A stretch of DNA of 64,000 bases from a virus. The position numbers and the translations under genes were made by a program. The stretch is from the IMG/VR virus record IMGVR_UViG_3300048793_000029, positions 8,250 to 72,249 of that record; one strand, written 5' to 3'. Under the pieces are notes generated by a model, which searched no databases, had not been told where the DNA came from, and worked only from the letters and a program-made list of their open reading frames with translations. This document shows positions 34,329-44,493 of this stretch, one piece after another (the stretch's first letter is position 1; each line of letters starts with the position of its first letter).

Positions 34329-35054
34329 ATGACAGTGCCTCTGATTATCATGGTTGGCTCCGATAAGGGTGGCGTTGGCAAGACCACCGTTACCCGGTCG
34401 CTGATCGACTATCTGGCCTCGACTGGCGTTTCTGGCCGGGCGTTCGACTCGGAGAACCCGGCTGGCGGCCTGGCGCGCTTTGTGCCGTCGGCCAAGGTCG
34501 TCGATATGGCCCGCGTCGAGGATCAGATGGAGATGTTCGACGTCGCCTCCGGCGTCACCGTCATCGACGTACGGGCCGGCATGCTGTCCAAGAGCCTTGC
34601 TACGCTAGAGCAGGCCCACTTGCTCGATGACGTTCAGACCGGCGCCGTCGGTCTGGTTCTGATGCATGTGCTGGGACCAAGTGTTCAATCGCTAGGCGAG
34701 GTTTCGGCGGCTGCCGCCAGGATCGGTGGTGGCTCGCGGCATATACTAGTCAAGAACCACATCAGTGATGTCACCGGCGGTTACTTCGAATGGGACGGCG
34801 CTGACAGCAAGTTCGCCGCGGTGTTAGCCCAGATGGAGCCGCAGACCGTGGTAGTGCCGCACTTGGCCGAGCGGGCTTGTGAGACTGTTGACAAGCTCGG
34901 CGTCGGCTTTACCGACTTCTGCCGCGACGCCGGTCAGTCGCGCATGCTACGCGGCTACGTGCGGACGTGGTTGACGTCGACTTGGGCCGACTTTGATAAG
35001 GTGGGTTTGGGTGGGTTGGCGAAGAGCGCGTGCGCTCCGAAGGAGGGATCGTAA
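34329..35054 (+). CDS. ParA/MinD-type P-loop NTPase
   Basis: Deviant Walker A DKGGVGKTT; AFDSE; VIDVRAG. Start 34329 or 34266. Confidence 0.8.
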   Translation: MTVPLIIMVGSDKGGVGKTTVTRSLIDYLASTGVSGRAFDSENPAGGLARFVPSAKVVDMARVEDQMEMFDVASGVTVIDVRAGMLSKSLATLEQAHLLDDVQTGAVGLVLMHVLGPSVQSLGEVSAAAARIGGGSRHILVKNHISDVTGGYFEWDGADSKFAAVLAQMEPQTVVVPHLAERACETVDKLGVGFTDFCRDAGQSRMLRGYVRTWLTSTWADFDKVGLGGLAKSACAPKEGS

Positions 35055-36478
35055 TGCCACAGATAGATTCCTTCGCCTTCGACCGCGCCAGTGTGCGCCG
35101 TACCGACGACGACGGTCGGCTGCATGTTGAGATAACAAATATTTCAAAATCGAATGTGTGTCCCTATCTTGGCTCTGAAATCCCTGACTGGGAAGAGATG
35201 GGCCTCAAGCGCGACAAGGTCTATCAGCTGCTGCGCGACCCGGCTGAACTGCGCAAGGCCGCGCCTTCATTCAATAATTTACCGCTACTTAGCGAGCACG
35301 TCCCGGTCAACGCGCAAGATCACCAGCCTGATTTAGTGATCGGCTCCACCGGTACCGATGCTGAGTTTGCGGAGCCTTATCTGCGCAACAGCCTGGTGCT
35401 ATGGGCGAAGGATTTCATTGACGCGGTGGAGTCCGGCACTCAGAAAGAACTTTCGTCCGCCTACCGCTACCGGGCCGATATGACGCCCGGCAACTACAAC
35501 GGAGCAGAATACGACGGCGTGATGCGCGACATCATCGGCAATCACGTCGCTTTGGTAAGGGAAGGGAGAGCCGGCAGTGATGTCATTGTCGGAGATTCGG
35601 CATTACCCATAACAGAGGAGATCATCCAGATGGGTGTGAAACTGAGCCGCAAGGCTGCACTGGCCCAGGGAGCCCTGATGGTCTTCCTGAAGCCGAAGAT
35701 GGCACAAGACGCCAAGATTGACCTCGCGTCAGTACTCAAGGGCGTCACGGCCAAGAACTACGTCGAGAGCAAGCCGGCAATCTTCGCCGGCATCGCCAAG
35801 CTGCTCGACGGCAAGCTGGCCAAGGACGCCAAGCTTGAGGACGTCCACGGCTTCCTCGATTCGCTTGACAGGGAAGAGCCTGCCGGCGACGAAGAGCCGG
35901 AGAAAAAGGACGAGCCGGCCAAGGACGAAGAAAAAGACGAAGTCAAGAAGCCCGCTGAGGACGAGGACGACACGGCAATGGACGCCGAGGGCGTCAAAAA
36001 CTTCCTTAAGGACAAGATCTCCGAAGACGATATGAAGGCGCTCGACGCACTCATGTCCGGAGCCAAGGACGCAGACGAGCCTACTCCCGTCAAGGAGCCG
36101 GCCAAAGACGAGGAGAAGGAAGAAATGGTGCCGAAGAAGGCAATGGACGCGGCGATCAAGTCGGCGATCAAGGTCGCTGCCGATACCGCCACCAAGACCC
36201 AGAAGGACATCCGCGAGGCCGAGAACTTCGTGCGGCCGTGGGTGGGCAATATCGCCATGGCGCACGACAGCGCCGAAGGCGTCTACCGCACTGCGCTTGG
36301 TGCGCTCGGCAAGAAGGATGTCGATCAGATCCATCCTGCCGCGCTCAAGCACGTCCTTGAAGCTCAACCCAAGCCCAACGAGAAGAAGCCGGCGGCTGAG
36401 CACCTCGCGATGGATGCGGCCTCCGTCGACAGCTTCAACAAGCGTTTCCCCGGTGCCGCTCGCATCGGACAGGCATAA
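35054..36478 (+). CDS. prohead protease / scaffold (DUF2213 type)
   Basis: ISK.NV.PY.G.EIP, ELSSAYRY, GNHVALV..GRAG; acidic scaffold-like C-terminus. Confidence 0.88.
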   Translation: MPQIDSFAFDRASVRRTDDDGRLHVEITNISKSNVCPYLGSEIPDWEEMGLKRDKVYQLLRDPAELRKAAPSFNNLPLLSEHVPVNAQDHQPDLVIGSTGTDAEFAEPYLRNSLVLWAKDFIDAVESGTQKELSSAYRYRADMTPGNYNGAEYDGVMRDIIGNHVALVREGRAGSDVIVGDSALPITEEIIQMGVKLSRKAALAQGALMVFLKPKMAQDAKIDLASVLKGVTAKNYVESKPAIFAGIAKLLDGKLAKDAKLEDVHGFLDSLDREEPAGDEEPEKKDEPAKDEEKDEVKKPAEDEDDTAMDAEGVKNFLKDKISEDDMKALDALMSGAKDADEPTPVKEPAKDEEKEEMVPKKAMDAAIKSAIKVAADTATKTQKDIREAENFVRPWVGNIAMAHDSAEGVYRTALGALGKKDVDQIHPAALKHVLEAQPKPNEKKPAAEHLAMDAASVDSFNKRFPGAARIGQA

Positions 36479-36490
36479 GGAGATATCAAC

Positions 36491-37480
36491 ATGAGTGGCG
36501 GTTTCCAAACTTCCGTTACCACCCTTCCGGCACTTGGCGTTGCGGGCGACTTCGCCAGCGCCAATCCGTACTTCAGCTACGACGCCGGCCCTGGCGGACT
36601 CGTGGCTGGTGCCAACGGTCTTACTGTTGGCCGCTTCGCCTGGGTTGCCCCGTATCCTCTCGATGCGGACAACGCCGGCCAAGTAGCCAACAACAACGGC
36701 ATCGGCCAAGTTGCCGGTTTCGTGCATCGCTCTCAGCGAGCGTTGATCACTACTTATCTTGCCGATGCGTCGATGGTGGTTCCGGCCGGCCTTGATGTCT
36801 CGCTGATGACTGGTGGTGACTTCCTCATGAAGAACGACGGCACCGCCGACGCCTTGATGGGGCAGAAAGCTTACGCCGACCTCGCCACTGGCAAGGTGAC
36901 GTTTGCGGCCACCGCCAGCCCAACCGCGGGGGCCACCTCGACGGCTGCCTCGATTGCGGCCGGTTCGGCCTCGGTCACTGGTTCCATCTCTGGCAACATC
37001 CTGACGGTCAGCACGATCGGCAGCGGCAAGTTGGTGGTTGGTGCCACTATCGCCGGTTCCGCAGGTTCGGCGGGCGGCGTGGCGGTTGCCACCGGCACGC
37101 AGATCGTCAGTCAGTTAACTGGCGGAACCTCCGGTTCGGTTGGTACCTACACTGTCAGCATCGGCGAACAGAACGTCACCTCAACGACTATCACCGAGAC
37201 TTACGGTACGTTGACTGTGGGTGGTTCGCTCACCGGCACGTTAGCCGTTGGTCAGAGCATCGCTGGTACCGATGGCACGACCACGACAAGCGCTACGACT
37301 ACTTGGATCACGGCGCTCGGTACTGGAGCAGGTGGCTCCGGCACCTATATCGTCAACAAGACACAGACTCTCAACTCGACTTCAATTACGGCCTACGGAA
37401 ATGTTGAGACGAAGTGGATCGCCATGTCCAGCGGCGCACCGGGCGAGCTGGTCAAAACTTCCAGCCATCCGCTCGGTTAA
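36491..37480 (+). CDS. capsid decoration / cement protein with inserted beta domains
   Basis: GFQT.V...PA.GVAGDFAS.NP N-terminus; lies between protease and major capsid protein. Confidence 0.75.
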   Translation: MSGGFQTSVTTLPALGVAGDFASANPYFSYDAGPGGLVAGANGLTVGRFAWVAPYPLDADNAGQVANNNGIGQVAGFVHRSQRALITTYLADASMVVPAGLDVSLMTGGDFLMKNDGTADALMGQKAYADLATGKVTFAATASPTAGATSTAASIAAGSASVTGSISGNILTVSTIGSGKLVVGATIAGSAGSAGGVAVATGTQIVSQLTGGTSGSVGTYTVSIGEQNVTSTTITETYGTLTVGGSLTGTLAVGQSIAGTDGTTTTSATTTWITALGTGAGGSGTYIVNKTQTLNSTSITAYGNVETKWIAMSSGAPGELVKTSSHPLG

Positions 37481-37492
37481 GGAGAAACACAA

Positions 37493-38599
37493 ATGAACCT
37501 GCAAGAAGCAGTCCGCACCTTTGCTGCCGACAAGGCGCGGCTCATGGAACTTGGCGTTAGTTGGGAACCGGGCGCCGAGGCGAAAGCCTATGTACCCGAA
37601 GAGTTTCGCCGCAACTGGGCACTCGCTATGGACGCAATGCCCACGTTGACGACGGACCCCAATGCGGGCATCCCGGCGATGCTCACTACGTTGATCGACC
37701 CGCAGGTCTACGAGATCTTGTTCAGCCCGAACAAGGCAGCGGAGATTCTCGGCGAGAACCGTAAGGGAACCTGGCTTGACGACGCCGCGCTGTTCCCGGT
37801 GGTCGAGCACACCGGCGAGGTGTCCAGCTACGGCGACTACGCCAACTCTGGACGCGCTGGCCTCAACATGAACTGGCCGGCTCGCCAGTCCTACCTGTTC
37901 CAGACCGTCAAGCAGTACGGCGAGCGCGAACTCGAGCGTGCCGGCCTGGGCCGCATCAACTACGTGTCGGAGATCGATAAGTCCGCCGCCACGCAGCTCA
38001 ATAAGTTTACGAACCTGTCGTACTTTTACGGTGTTAATGGCCTGCAGAACTACGGTTTGCTCAACGACCCGAACCTGCCGGCCAACCTGACACCGGGAAC
38101 CAAGGCGAGCCCTGCGTCGGGCAACACCTGGTTCACCACCGGCGGGGCGCCAAACTGCACGGCCAACGAGGTCTACAACGACATCTTGGCGATCTACGAA
38201 ACGCTGGTTACTACCGCTGCTGGCCTCGTCGACAAAGGCACCAAGTTGGTGCTCGCCATGTCGCCGGGCTCGCAAGTGGCGCTCGACTTCACCAACTCCT
38301 TCGGCATCACCGTCAGCGATATGTTGAAGAGGACCTTCCCAGGTCTTCGGTTCGTGACCGCGGTGCAGTACGGGGTGTTGACGGCTTCCAATCCGCAAGG
38401 CATTGCGGCCGGCAACATGGTGCAGATGATCGCCGAGTCGATTGAGGGGCAAGCTACTGGTTACTGCTCCTTCAACGAGAAGATGCGTGCCCACATCATT
38501 GTGCGCGAGATGAGCGCGTTCAAGCAGAAAGTTACTGGCGGCACTTGGGGTGCAATCATCCGCATGCCGGTCGCCTTCCAGGGAATGGTGGGAGTCTGA
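37493..38599 (+). CDS. major capsid protein (DUF2184 type)
   Basis: YGD....G....N...RQSY.FQT...YGE.E, YG.LNDPNL, GGTWGAII. Confidence 0.9.
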   Translation: MNLQEAVRTFAADKARLMELGVSWEPGAEAKAYVPEEFRRNWALAMDAMPTLTTDPNAGIPAMLTTLIDPQVYEILFSPNKAAEILGENRKGTWLDDAALFPVVEHTGEVSSYGDYANSGRAGLNMNWPARQSYLFQTVKQYGERELERAGLGRINYVSEIDKSAATQLNKFTNLSYFYGVNGLQNYGLLNDPNLPANLTPGTKASPASGNTWFTTGGAPNCTANEVYNDILAIYETLVTTAAGLVDKGTKLVLAMSPGSQVALDFTNSFGITVSDMLKRTFPGLRFVTAVQYGVLTASNPQGIAAGNMVQMIAESIEGQATGYCSFNEKMRAHIIVREMSAFKQKVTGGTWGAIIRMPVAFQGMVGV

Positions 38600-38602
38600 A
38601 CC

Positions 38603-39118
38603 ATGGCAGAAAACGAAGCCTCCAAGGGATCAAAGCACGTTAGCGTGGCGTGCAAGGTCCCGAACGGTCTCGTCTTGAGGGTGTTCAAGTCCCGCAAGGA
38701 ACATCAGCAAGTCATGGGTGGCGGCAGCCGTGAGGTTGAAGTCAACTACCAGGTCGGTGAGGGGTTCAAGGTCAACGGCCCGAAGCCGCTCAGTGCGCAG
38801 CCAAACTTCGCCATGCCGGGCGGCTATGCATTGACGCACAACGTGCCGGCGGACGTGTGGGAATCTTGGCTCAAGGCCAACGAAGATAGCGTCATGGTGA
38901 AGAACAAGCAGATCTTTGCCGCCGCTACTTCCGAGGCTGCAGCCAAGATGGCCGTGGAGCACGAGGAAGTCAAAAGCAACCTCGAGCCGCTCGATCCCGC
39001 GACCATCAACGTCAAGGGGCGCGAGGTCAATGTCGACCCGCGCTGGCCGAAGGCTGTACCGATGGCACCGGGAGGTTCGGGTGTAACCCCAATCCAGACC
39101 GGCGCTCGGACGGGGTGA
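38603..39118 (+). CDS. conserved head-associated protein
   Basis: VACK.PNGL...GYALT.NVP.D.W..W pattern; follows the capsid gene. Confidence 0.7.
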   Translation: MAENEASKGSKHVSVACKVPNGLVLRVFKSRKEHQQVMGGGSREVEVNYQVGEGFKVNGPKPLSAQPNFAMPGGYALTHNVPADVWESWLKANEDSVMVKNKQIFAAATSEAAAKMAVEHEEVKSNLEPLDPATINVKGREVNVDPRWPKAVPMAPGGSGVTPIQTGARTG

Positions 39119-39125
39119 TAAGCAC

Positions 39126-39566
39126 ATGGGCGTCGTCGTCACATTCGACTATGCGTCGTGGGTCGCGAGATATCCTGAATTTGCGGCTGTGTCCCAGCCG
39201 ACAGCTCAAGAATATTTCAATGAAGCCACAATGTATTGTCGAAATGACGGCGGCGGCCCGGTGCCTACTGCAGCAATCCAAAGCACCTTACTAAATATGT
39301 TAACGGCTCATCTTGCCTTTTTGTATTCCGGCGCCAACGGTGAGGCACCATCACAGTTGGTGGGTCGCATTAGCGATGCGGCCGAAGGTAGCGTTCACGT
39401 TGCAGTCGAGATGCCGACGAACATGTCGGCTGCCGCGGCTTTTTTCACGCAGACAAAATATGGTCTTGCGTTTTGGCAAGCCACGGTGGGCTACCGCACC
39501 GCTAGGTATAGGGCGCGGCCGCAGTTTGTGGTTGGCGGGCGCTGGCCGATGATCGGTGGTTATTAA
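39126..39566 (+). CDS. head-tail adaptor (DUF4054 type)
   Basis: FDY..W..RYPEF, LL..LTAH, VGRIS.A.EGSV, QTKYG..FW. Confidence 0.85.
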   Translation: MGVVVTFDYASWVARYPEFAAVSQPTAQEYFNEATMYCRNDGGGPVPTAAIQSTLLNMLTAHLAFLYSGANGEAPSQLVGRISDAAEGSVHVAVEMPTNMSAAAAFFTQTKYGLAFWQATVGYRTARYRARPQFVVGGRWPMIGGY

Positions 39567-40019
39567 GTGGCCGATATCTTCACCACTAAGTTCAGTGGTG
39601 GCGCTAAGCTGGCGGCCGCGCTCAAGGCGATGGCCGAAAAGGTTCGCAGCCCAGGGACGCTGAGCGTTGGGTTTCAGGACGGGTCTACTGACGAGAGCGG
39701 AACGCTCAATGCGATGAAGGCTGCTTTGAACGAGTACGGCACCAAAAACATCCCACCGCGGCCGTTCTTTCGTACCATGGTTGCCAACAAAAGCGGCGGC
39801 TGGGCCGGCGACATCGAGAAGCTGCTAAAGGCCAACGACTACGATGCTACGGTAACGCTCGATTACATGGGCGATAAGATCAAGGGCCAGCTCGTGGATT
39901 CTATTTTTAACGGCGGTTGGCTACCGAATAAGCCATCTACTCTCGCCAGGAAGTCGGGGACGCAACCATTGGTTGACACTGGCGCAATGTCTAATTCTAT
40001 AACGTGGGTGGTTAAATGA
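39567..40019 (+). CDS. neck / tail completion protein
   Basis: NEYGT..IPPRPF, PST..RK....PLVDTG.M..SI. Confidence 0.8.
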   Translation: MADIFTTKFSGGAKLAAALKAMAEKVRSPGTLSVGFQDGSTDESGTLNAMKAALNEYGTKNIPPRPFFRTMVANKSGGWAGDIEKLLKANDYDATVTLDYMGDKIKGQLVDSIFNGGWLPNKPSTLARKSGTQPLVDTGAMSNSITWVVK

Positions 40020-40942
40020 TCTTTCTCGTAAATCTCATGAACCACAATGAAGTTGGACAACGCAGTCTTGAAGATGTTGTGGGAATTTTTGGTCATCAGC
40101 TTCGTTCGTTCGGTCACCAGATCGTGTGGGAGACCAGTAACACGCGCTTCCTCGGCCCTGGTCAAGGCATAAATATCATCGTCGAGGGCTTCTTCCCCTA
40201 TCACGTTCCAATTATCGCCGAGGCCCACAGCAAGGGCGCCCGCTTTCTGATGTTGGCGACCGAGGAGCCAACCGATAAAGGCTTCAACCACGGTACCCAG
40301 GAAGAGATGGTTGTGCGCCAACGGGTGTTCCCCGAAGTGGCCAAATACTTTGACGGCATCCTCCACTTGGTGCCTGGCGAGAACATCACGCGCTGGTACG
40401 GCCAATTCGCGCCGACCGCGCAGATCGAGTTGGGCTACGCGCCGACTTTGGTACGCAACCACGGCATTGTACCGGACTATGACTTCGGTTTCTACGGCTC
40501 GCTGACGCCGCGCCGGCTCAAGTTGCTCAAGCGGCTGGCGAACAAAATCAATTCGCCCAAGGCGGTTAAGATCGTGAGCGACTTCAAGACCCAGACCGAG
40601 CGCGACCAATTGATGTCGCGCGCCAAGGTGATCGTGCAGATAAGGAAGTTCGAGGAGATGGGCCTGGTGTCGAGTTCACGCTGCAACACAGCGTTGCATA
40701 TCGGTCGCCCGGTGGTGGCCGAGCCACACCTACTGTCGAAGCCGTGGGACGAGGTGGTCGATTTCGCCGCCTCGATCGACGACTTCTTCTCCAAGGCTAT
40801 TATGGCCAAGGCCATGTGGAAGGGGTTGCATGGTAGCCAAATGGAAAAGTTCAAGAAGAAGCTTTCGCCGGAGTTCTGCGTCGGCCACGCCTTGGCGGCG
40901 ATCGGCATGACAGACGATTCGGCGCAGCGGAAGGTTGCCTAA
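40016..40942 (+). CDS. GT-B-like glycosyltransferase inserted in the neck operon
   Basis: YDFGFYGSLTPRR...ERD.LM.RAKVI.QI...SSSR...AL..G.PVVAE resembles the GT-B donor-binding half. Confidence 0.6.
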   Translation: MIFLVNLMNHNEVGQRSLEDVVGIFGHQLRSFGHQIVWETSNTRFLGPGQGINIIVEGFFPYHVPIIAEAHSKGARFLMLATEEPTDKGFNHGTQEEMVVRQRVFPEVAKYFDGILHLVPGENITRWYGQFAPTAQIELGYAPTLVRNHGIVPDYDFGFYGSLTPRRLKLLKRLANKINSPKAVKIVSDFKTQTERDQLMSRAKVIVQIRKFEEMGLVSSSRCNTALHIGRPVVAEPHLLSKPWDEVVDFAASIDDFFSKAIMAKAMWKGLHGSQMEKFKKKLSPEFCVGHALAAIGMTDDSAQRKVA

Positions 40943-41326
40943 GTGGATCTTCGCTCTATAGCCGGAAGCGTCATAACGGCGGTTAACCCGGATATCTTCG
41001 CTACTGTTATGTCGTCTACCGGCTACACGATCGCTCCCGACGGCAAACAGACGCCGGCTTACAACACAGTTACCGAAGTTCCGGTGCAGGTTCAAAGCTT
41101 GTCGTTTAGGGACCTGATGCAGGTCGAGGGCCTCAACCTCAACGGCGAGAAGCGGGCCATCTACATCAAGGGCAAGCTCGACGGTACGGTGCGCGTCGCT
41201 GGCAAGGGCGGTGATTTGATTGTCATCAATAATGGGACAAGCATTGGCACTTGGTTAGTGGTTCAGTCCCTCGAACAGTGGCCTGACTGGTGCAAAGTGG
41301 CAGTCGTACTCCAGGATGGCTCGTGA
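40943..41326 (+). CDS. head closure protein
   Basis: L..IA...I.AVNP, QVQ.L, GGDL, WLVV..LE.WPDWCK. Confidence 0.78.
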   Translation: MDLRSIAGSVITAVNPDIFATVMSSTGYTIAPDGKQTPAYNTVTEVPVQVQSLSFRDLMQVEGLNLNGEKRAIYIKGKLDGTVRVAGKGGDLIVINNGTSIGTWLVVQSLEQWPDWCKVAVVLQDGS

Positions 41327-42060
41327 CTATATTGCTGACTCCTACCGAAGACGACGCCATCATGGCGCTGCGCTCCTTTATGAGTAGCGTGCTGCCGAGC
41401 AGCGTTGACGTGATCCGTGGCCAGATCAACCGCGTACCGGAGCCGGCAGACAGCGATTTCATTGTCATGTGGCCGATCATGCGCCGCCGCCTGGAGACCA
41501 ACGTCGACCAGTTCGTTGATACCAAGAGTGTCGGTTCCATCGCCGGCAACCTGATGACGGTGACCGGGCTCAGCTACGGCAGTTTGCAAGTAGGCTCCGT
41601 GGTGTTTAGTGTGGTCGGCGGCACCGGAGCGGTGTTCTCGGTGCAGTCGCAGGTGTCTGGCTCGGTCGGTGGCACTGGGGTCTACAGCGTGGCGCCCAGC
41701 GGTTCGGTCGGCGGTGGCGTGCTGGCAGCTGGCGTGCTCAACGCGCTGGCGCCAACTGAGCTTACGATTCAGTTGGATGTTCACGGGCCGAATGGCGGAG
41801 ATAACGCGCAGATTGTGAGTACGATGTTGCGCGACGATTTTGCTTGCCAAGCCTTCAAGGTTCTCAACGTTGGTGTAGTGCCACTGTACGCCAACGATCC
41901 AAAGCAGATCACGTTTCAAAACGAGAACCAGCAAATCGAAGAGCGGTGGATTGTGGAAGCCTGCTTCCAGGTGAACACCACCGTCAATGATATCCCGCAG
42001 CAATTCTTTGACTCCATCACCGTCGAGCGGGTGCCCGCCGACATCGAGTTCCCCGCATGA
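41323..42060 (+). CDS. tail terminator-like protein with inserted beta domain
   Basis: GQ.NRVPEP, QLDVHGP, LRD, PLYA.DP, Q.E.RW; precedes the sheath gene. Confidence 0.75.
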   Translation: MTILLTPTEDDAIMALRSFMSSVLPSSVDVIRGQINRVPEPADSDFIVMWPIMRRRLETNVDQFVDTKSVGSIAGNLMTVTGLSYGSLQVGSVVFSVVGGTGAVFSVQSQVSGSVGGTGVYSVAPSGSVGGGVLAAGVLNALAPTELTIQLDVHGPNGGDNAQIVSTMLRDDFACQAFKVLNVGVVPLYANDPKQITFQNENQQIEERWIVEACFQVNTTVNDIPQQFFDSITVERVPADIEFPA

Positions 42061-42074
42061 GGAGAAACTAGCCA

Positions 42075-43583
42075 ATGACCACAATTCCGGCTTCTGCGAT
42101 CGTTCAAGTCAATCCAGCCGTCCTCAGCGCGGGCGGTCGCGCGCTCGACATCATCGGCGTCATCCTGACGACTAACTCCCGCGTGCCCATCGGCGCGGTG
42201 CAGCCATTCAGCAACCAGGTTGACGTCAGCAACTACTTCGGTCCGTCCTCCACTGAGGAGGCGCTGAGCATGATTTACTTCAACGGCTTCGATAATTCCA
42301 ATATCAAGCCGGCACGCGTGTACTTTGCGCAGTACCCCACGGCTTCGGTGGCTGGCTACCTGCGCGGCGGTCCAGTCGACACGCTGACGATTGCCCAGCT
42401 TAACGCCCTCACAGTCGGGGCGCTGACCATCACTGTGAACGGCTCGGGCTACACCGCCGCAGCGGTCTCCTTCGGCACCGTCGGCTCGTTCTCGGCCGCT
42501 GCCAATGTCATCCAGGCCGGCTTTGGCTCAGGCGCGCTACCGTTCACCACCACCTACGACAGCATCGCTGGCGCCTTTGTCATTACCACCACGGCCACTG
42601 GCTCAGGGGCGACGATAAGCTTTGCTTCAACCAATAACATTGCTACGGCAATAATGCTAACGGCAGCATCGGGAGCGGTAACATCCCAGGGCGCCGTGGC
42701 GGCAACCCCTGGTCCGTTTATGACGGCCCTCACGCAAGCGACTCAGGATTTTGCCACCTTCATGACGGCGTTCGATCCGGACGTCTCCGGCAACACTAAC
42801 AAGCTGGCGTTCGCGGCATGGAACAGTCTCCAGAACGATCGCTACGGTTATGTCTGCTGGGATTCCGACGCTACGCCAAAGACCGTGGTGCCGGCAACTT
42901 CCTCGCTCGGCTATCTGCTGACGCTCAATGAATACTCTGGTACATGTCTTATCTCTGCCACTGATGCCACGCTGGCGGCGTTTATCTGTGGTTCGGCCGC
43001 ATCAATAGATTTTAGCGAACATAATGGTCGCGTTACATTCGCTTTCCGTTCGCAATCTGGGCTATCCGCCCCGGTCACTGATCAGACTACTGGTGATAAC
43101 TTAATTGCCAACGGCTACAATTTTTATGGTGCCTACGCTACCGCCAATCAGGGGTTCATCTTCTTCTATCCTGGTTCGGTGTCAGGGCCGTTCCAATGGT
43201 TTGATAGTTACATTGATCAGATTTGGCTCAACAATCAGTTCCAGTTGGCTTTGATGGAATTGTTGGTCAACGCCAAGTCGATTCCCTACAACGCGGCGGG
43301 CTATTCGCTAATCGAGGCCGCTTGTCTCGACCCCATCAATCAGGGTTTCAACTTTGGTGCATTTCGCGCTGGCGTTACGCTATCCATGGCGCAGGCCGCC
43401 GAGGTTAACAATGCAGCAGGCGTTACCATCAGCAACACGCTCAATCAGCGTGGCTGGTACTTGCAGGTGTTGGATGCTTCGCCGCAGGTGCGCCAAGCCC
43501 GTGGCTCACCGCCCTGCACGTTCTGGTATCTTGATGGTCAGTCGGTACAAAAAATATCCCTCGCTTCAATCGAGCTTATGTAA
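42075..43583 (+). CDS. tail sheath protein (DUF3383 type)
   Basis: IPAS.IV.VNP.V, YF.GFDNS, NGYNFYG.Y, IPYN..G, R..R.SP...FWY.DG.S. Confidence 0.9.
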   Translation: MTTIPASAIVQVNPAVLSAGGRALDIIGVILTTNSRVPIGAVQPFSNQVDVSNYFGPSSTEEALSMIYFNGFDNSNIKPARVYFAQYPTASVAGYLRGGPVDTLTIAQLNALTVGALTITVNGSGYTAAAVSFGTVGSFSAAANVIQAGFGSGALPFTTTYDSIAGAFVITTTATGSGATISFASTNNIATAIMLTAASGAVTSQGAVAATPGPFMTALTQATQDFATFMTAFDPDVSGNTNKLAFAAWNSLQNDRYGYVCWDSDATPKTVVPATSSLGYLLTLNEYSGTCLISATDATLAAFICGSAASIDFSEHNGRVTFAFRSQSGLSAPVTDQTTGDNLIANGYNFYGAYATANQGFIFFYPGSVSGPFQWFDSYIDQIWLNNQFQLALMELLVNAKSIPYNAAGYSLIEAACLDPINQGFNFGAFRAGVTLSMAQAAEVNNAAGVTISNTLNQRGWYLQVLDASPQVRQARGSPPCTFWYLDGQSVQKISLASIELM

Positions 43584-43598
43584 AGGAGCGCCTAAACT

Positions 43599-44030
43599 AT
43601 GCCCACAATCACTTCCGCCAATGCCGTACTGACCCTATCCGTAAGCACCATCTTCACGGCACCGTTTCAACTGCAGGGCTTTTCTGCCGATGATATCTAT
43701 ACTACTGGGCCGCTGGCCTCCGCTGAAACCCTTATGGGTCTCGATGGTAAGCTGTCCGGCGGTTACGTTCACGTTCCAGTAACTTGGAACATAGCGCTAC
43801 AGGCCGACTCGACATCGAACGACTTGTTTGATCAGTGGTTCCAACTTCAGCAAACTAACAGCGAGGTCTATGAGGCCAGCGGGATTCTTTTGTTGCCAAG
43901 CATCAGTAAGAAATGGGTCCTCACTACTGGTTTCTTAACGTCGTTTCCGCCGTTTCCGGATGCCGCCAAGACGCTTCGGCCCCGACGTTATGGCATGCTG
44001 TGGCAGTCTGTCAGCTCGGCGCCGATCTGA
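43599..44030 (+). CDS. tail tube protein
   Basis: TITSAN, LQGFSAD, MG.DGKLS.G, LQADS.S. Confidence 0.85.
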   Translation: MPTITSANAVLTLSVSTIFTAPFQLQGFSADDIYTTGPLASAETLMGLDGKLSGGYVHVPVTWNIALQADSTSNDLFDQWFQLQQTNSEVYEASGILLLPSISKKWVLTTGFLTSFPPFPDAAKTLRPRRYGMLWQSVSSAPI

Positions 44031-44052
44031 TAATTAAAATGGAGGAGGTTAA

Positions 44053-44493
44053 ATGAGAAAAACAAAACACGCCACTATCGACGCCGAAGGCCGTGACAAT
44101 GGCAAGCTATTCTTGATCACTGAGATGCCGGCATCGCAAGCTGAGCGCTGGGCGTTTCGGGCGTTTCAGGCGCTGGCGCGTGCCGGCGTCGATATGCCGG
44201 AGAACGTGAGCGGCGCAGGCATGGCTGGTATTGCCGTTGTCGGCCTCAAGGCGCTCGGCACCATACCGTTCTACGAAGCAACCGAGTTGATGGATGAGAT
44301 GTTTTCGTGCGTGCGTATCGTGCGCGACAAGGCTCACCCTGAGACAGCGATGCCTTTAATGGAAGAGGACATCGAGGAAGTATCAACCCGTCTTCACCTT
44401 CGCTCGGAGGTGTTTGAACTCCACACGGGTTTTTCTTTCGCCGGAGTGCGCCAAAGCTTGACCCCGACTCCGGCGATCGACCAGCCGACTTAG
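44053..44493 (+). CDS. tail assembly chaperone
   Basis: GRD.GK.F.ITEM.A...E.WA; lies between tube and tape measure genes. Confidence 0.82.
   Translation: MRKTKHATIDAEGRDNGKLFLITEMPASQAERWAFRAFQALARAGVDMPENVSGAGMAGIAVVGLKALGTIPFYEATELMDEMFSCVRIVRDKAHPETAMPLMEEDIEEVSTRLHLRSEVFELHTGFSFAGVRQSLTPTPAIDQPT

Noticed and set aside
35729-38494. Long antisense ORFs (332 and 370 aa)
   Set aside because: Shadow frames of the GC-rich protease and capsid genes, with no motifs.
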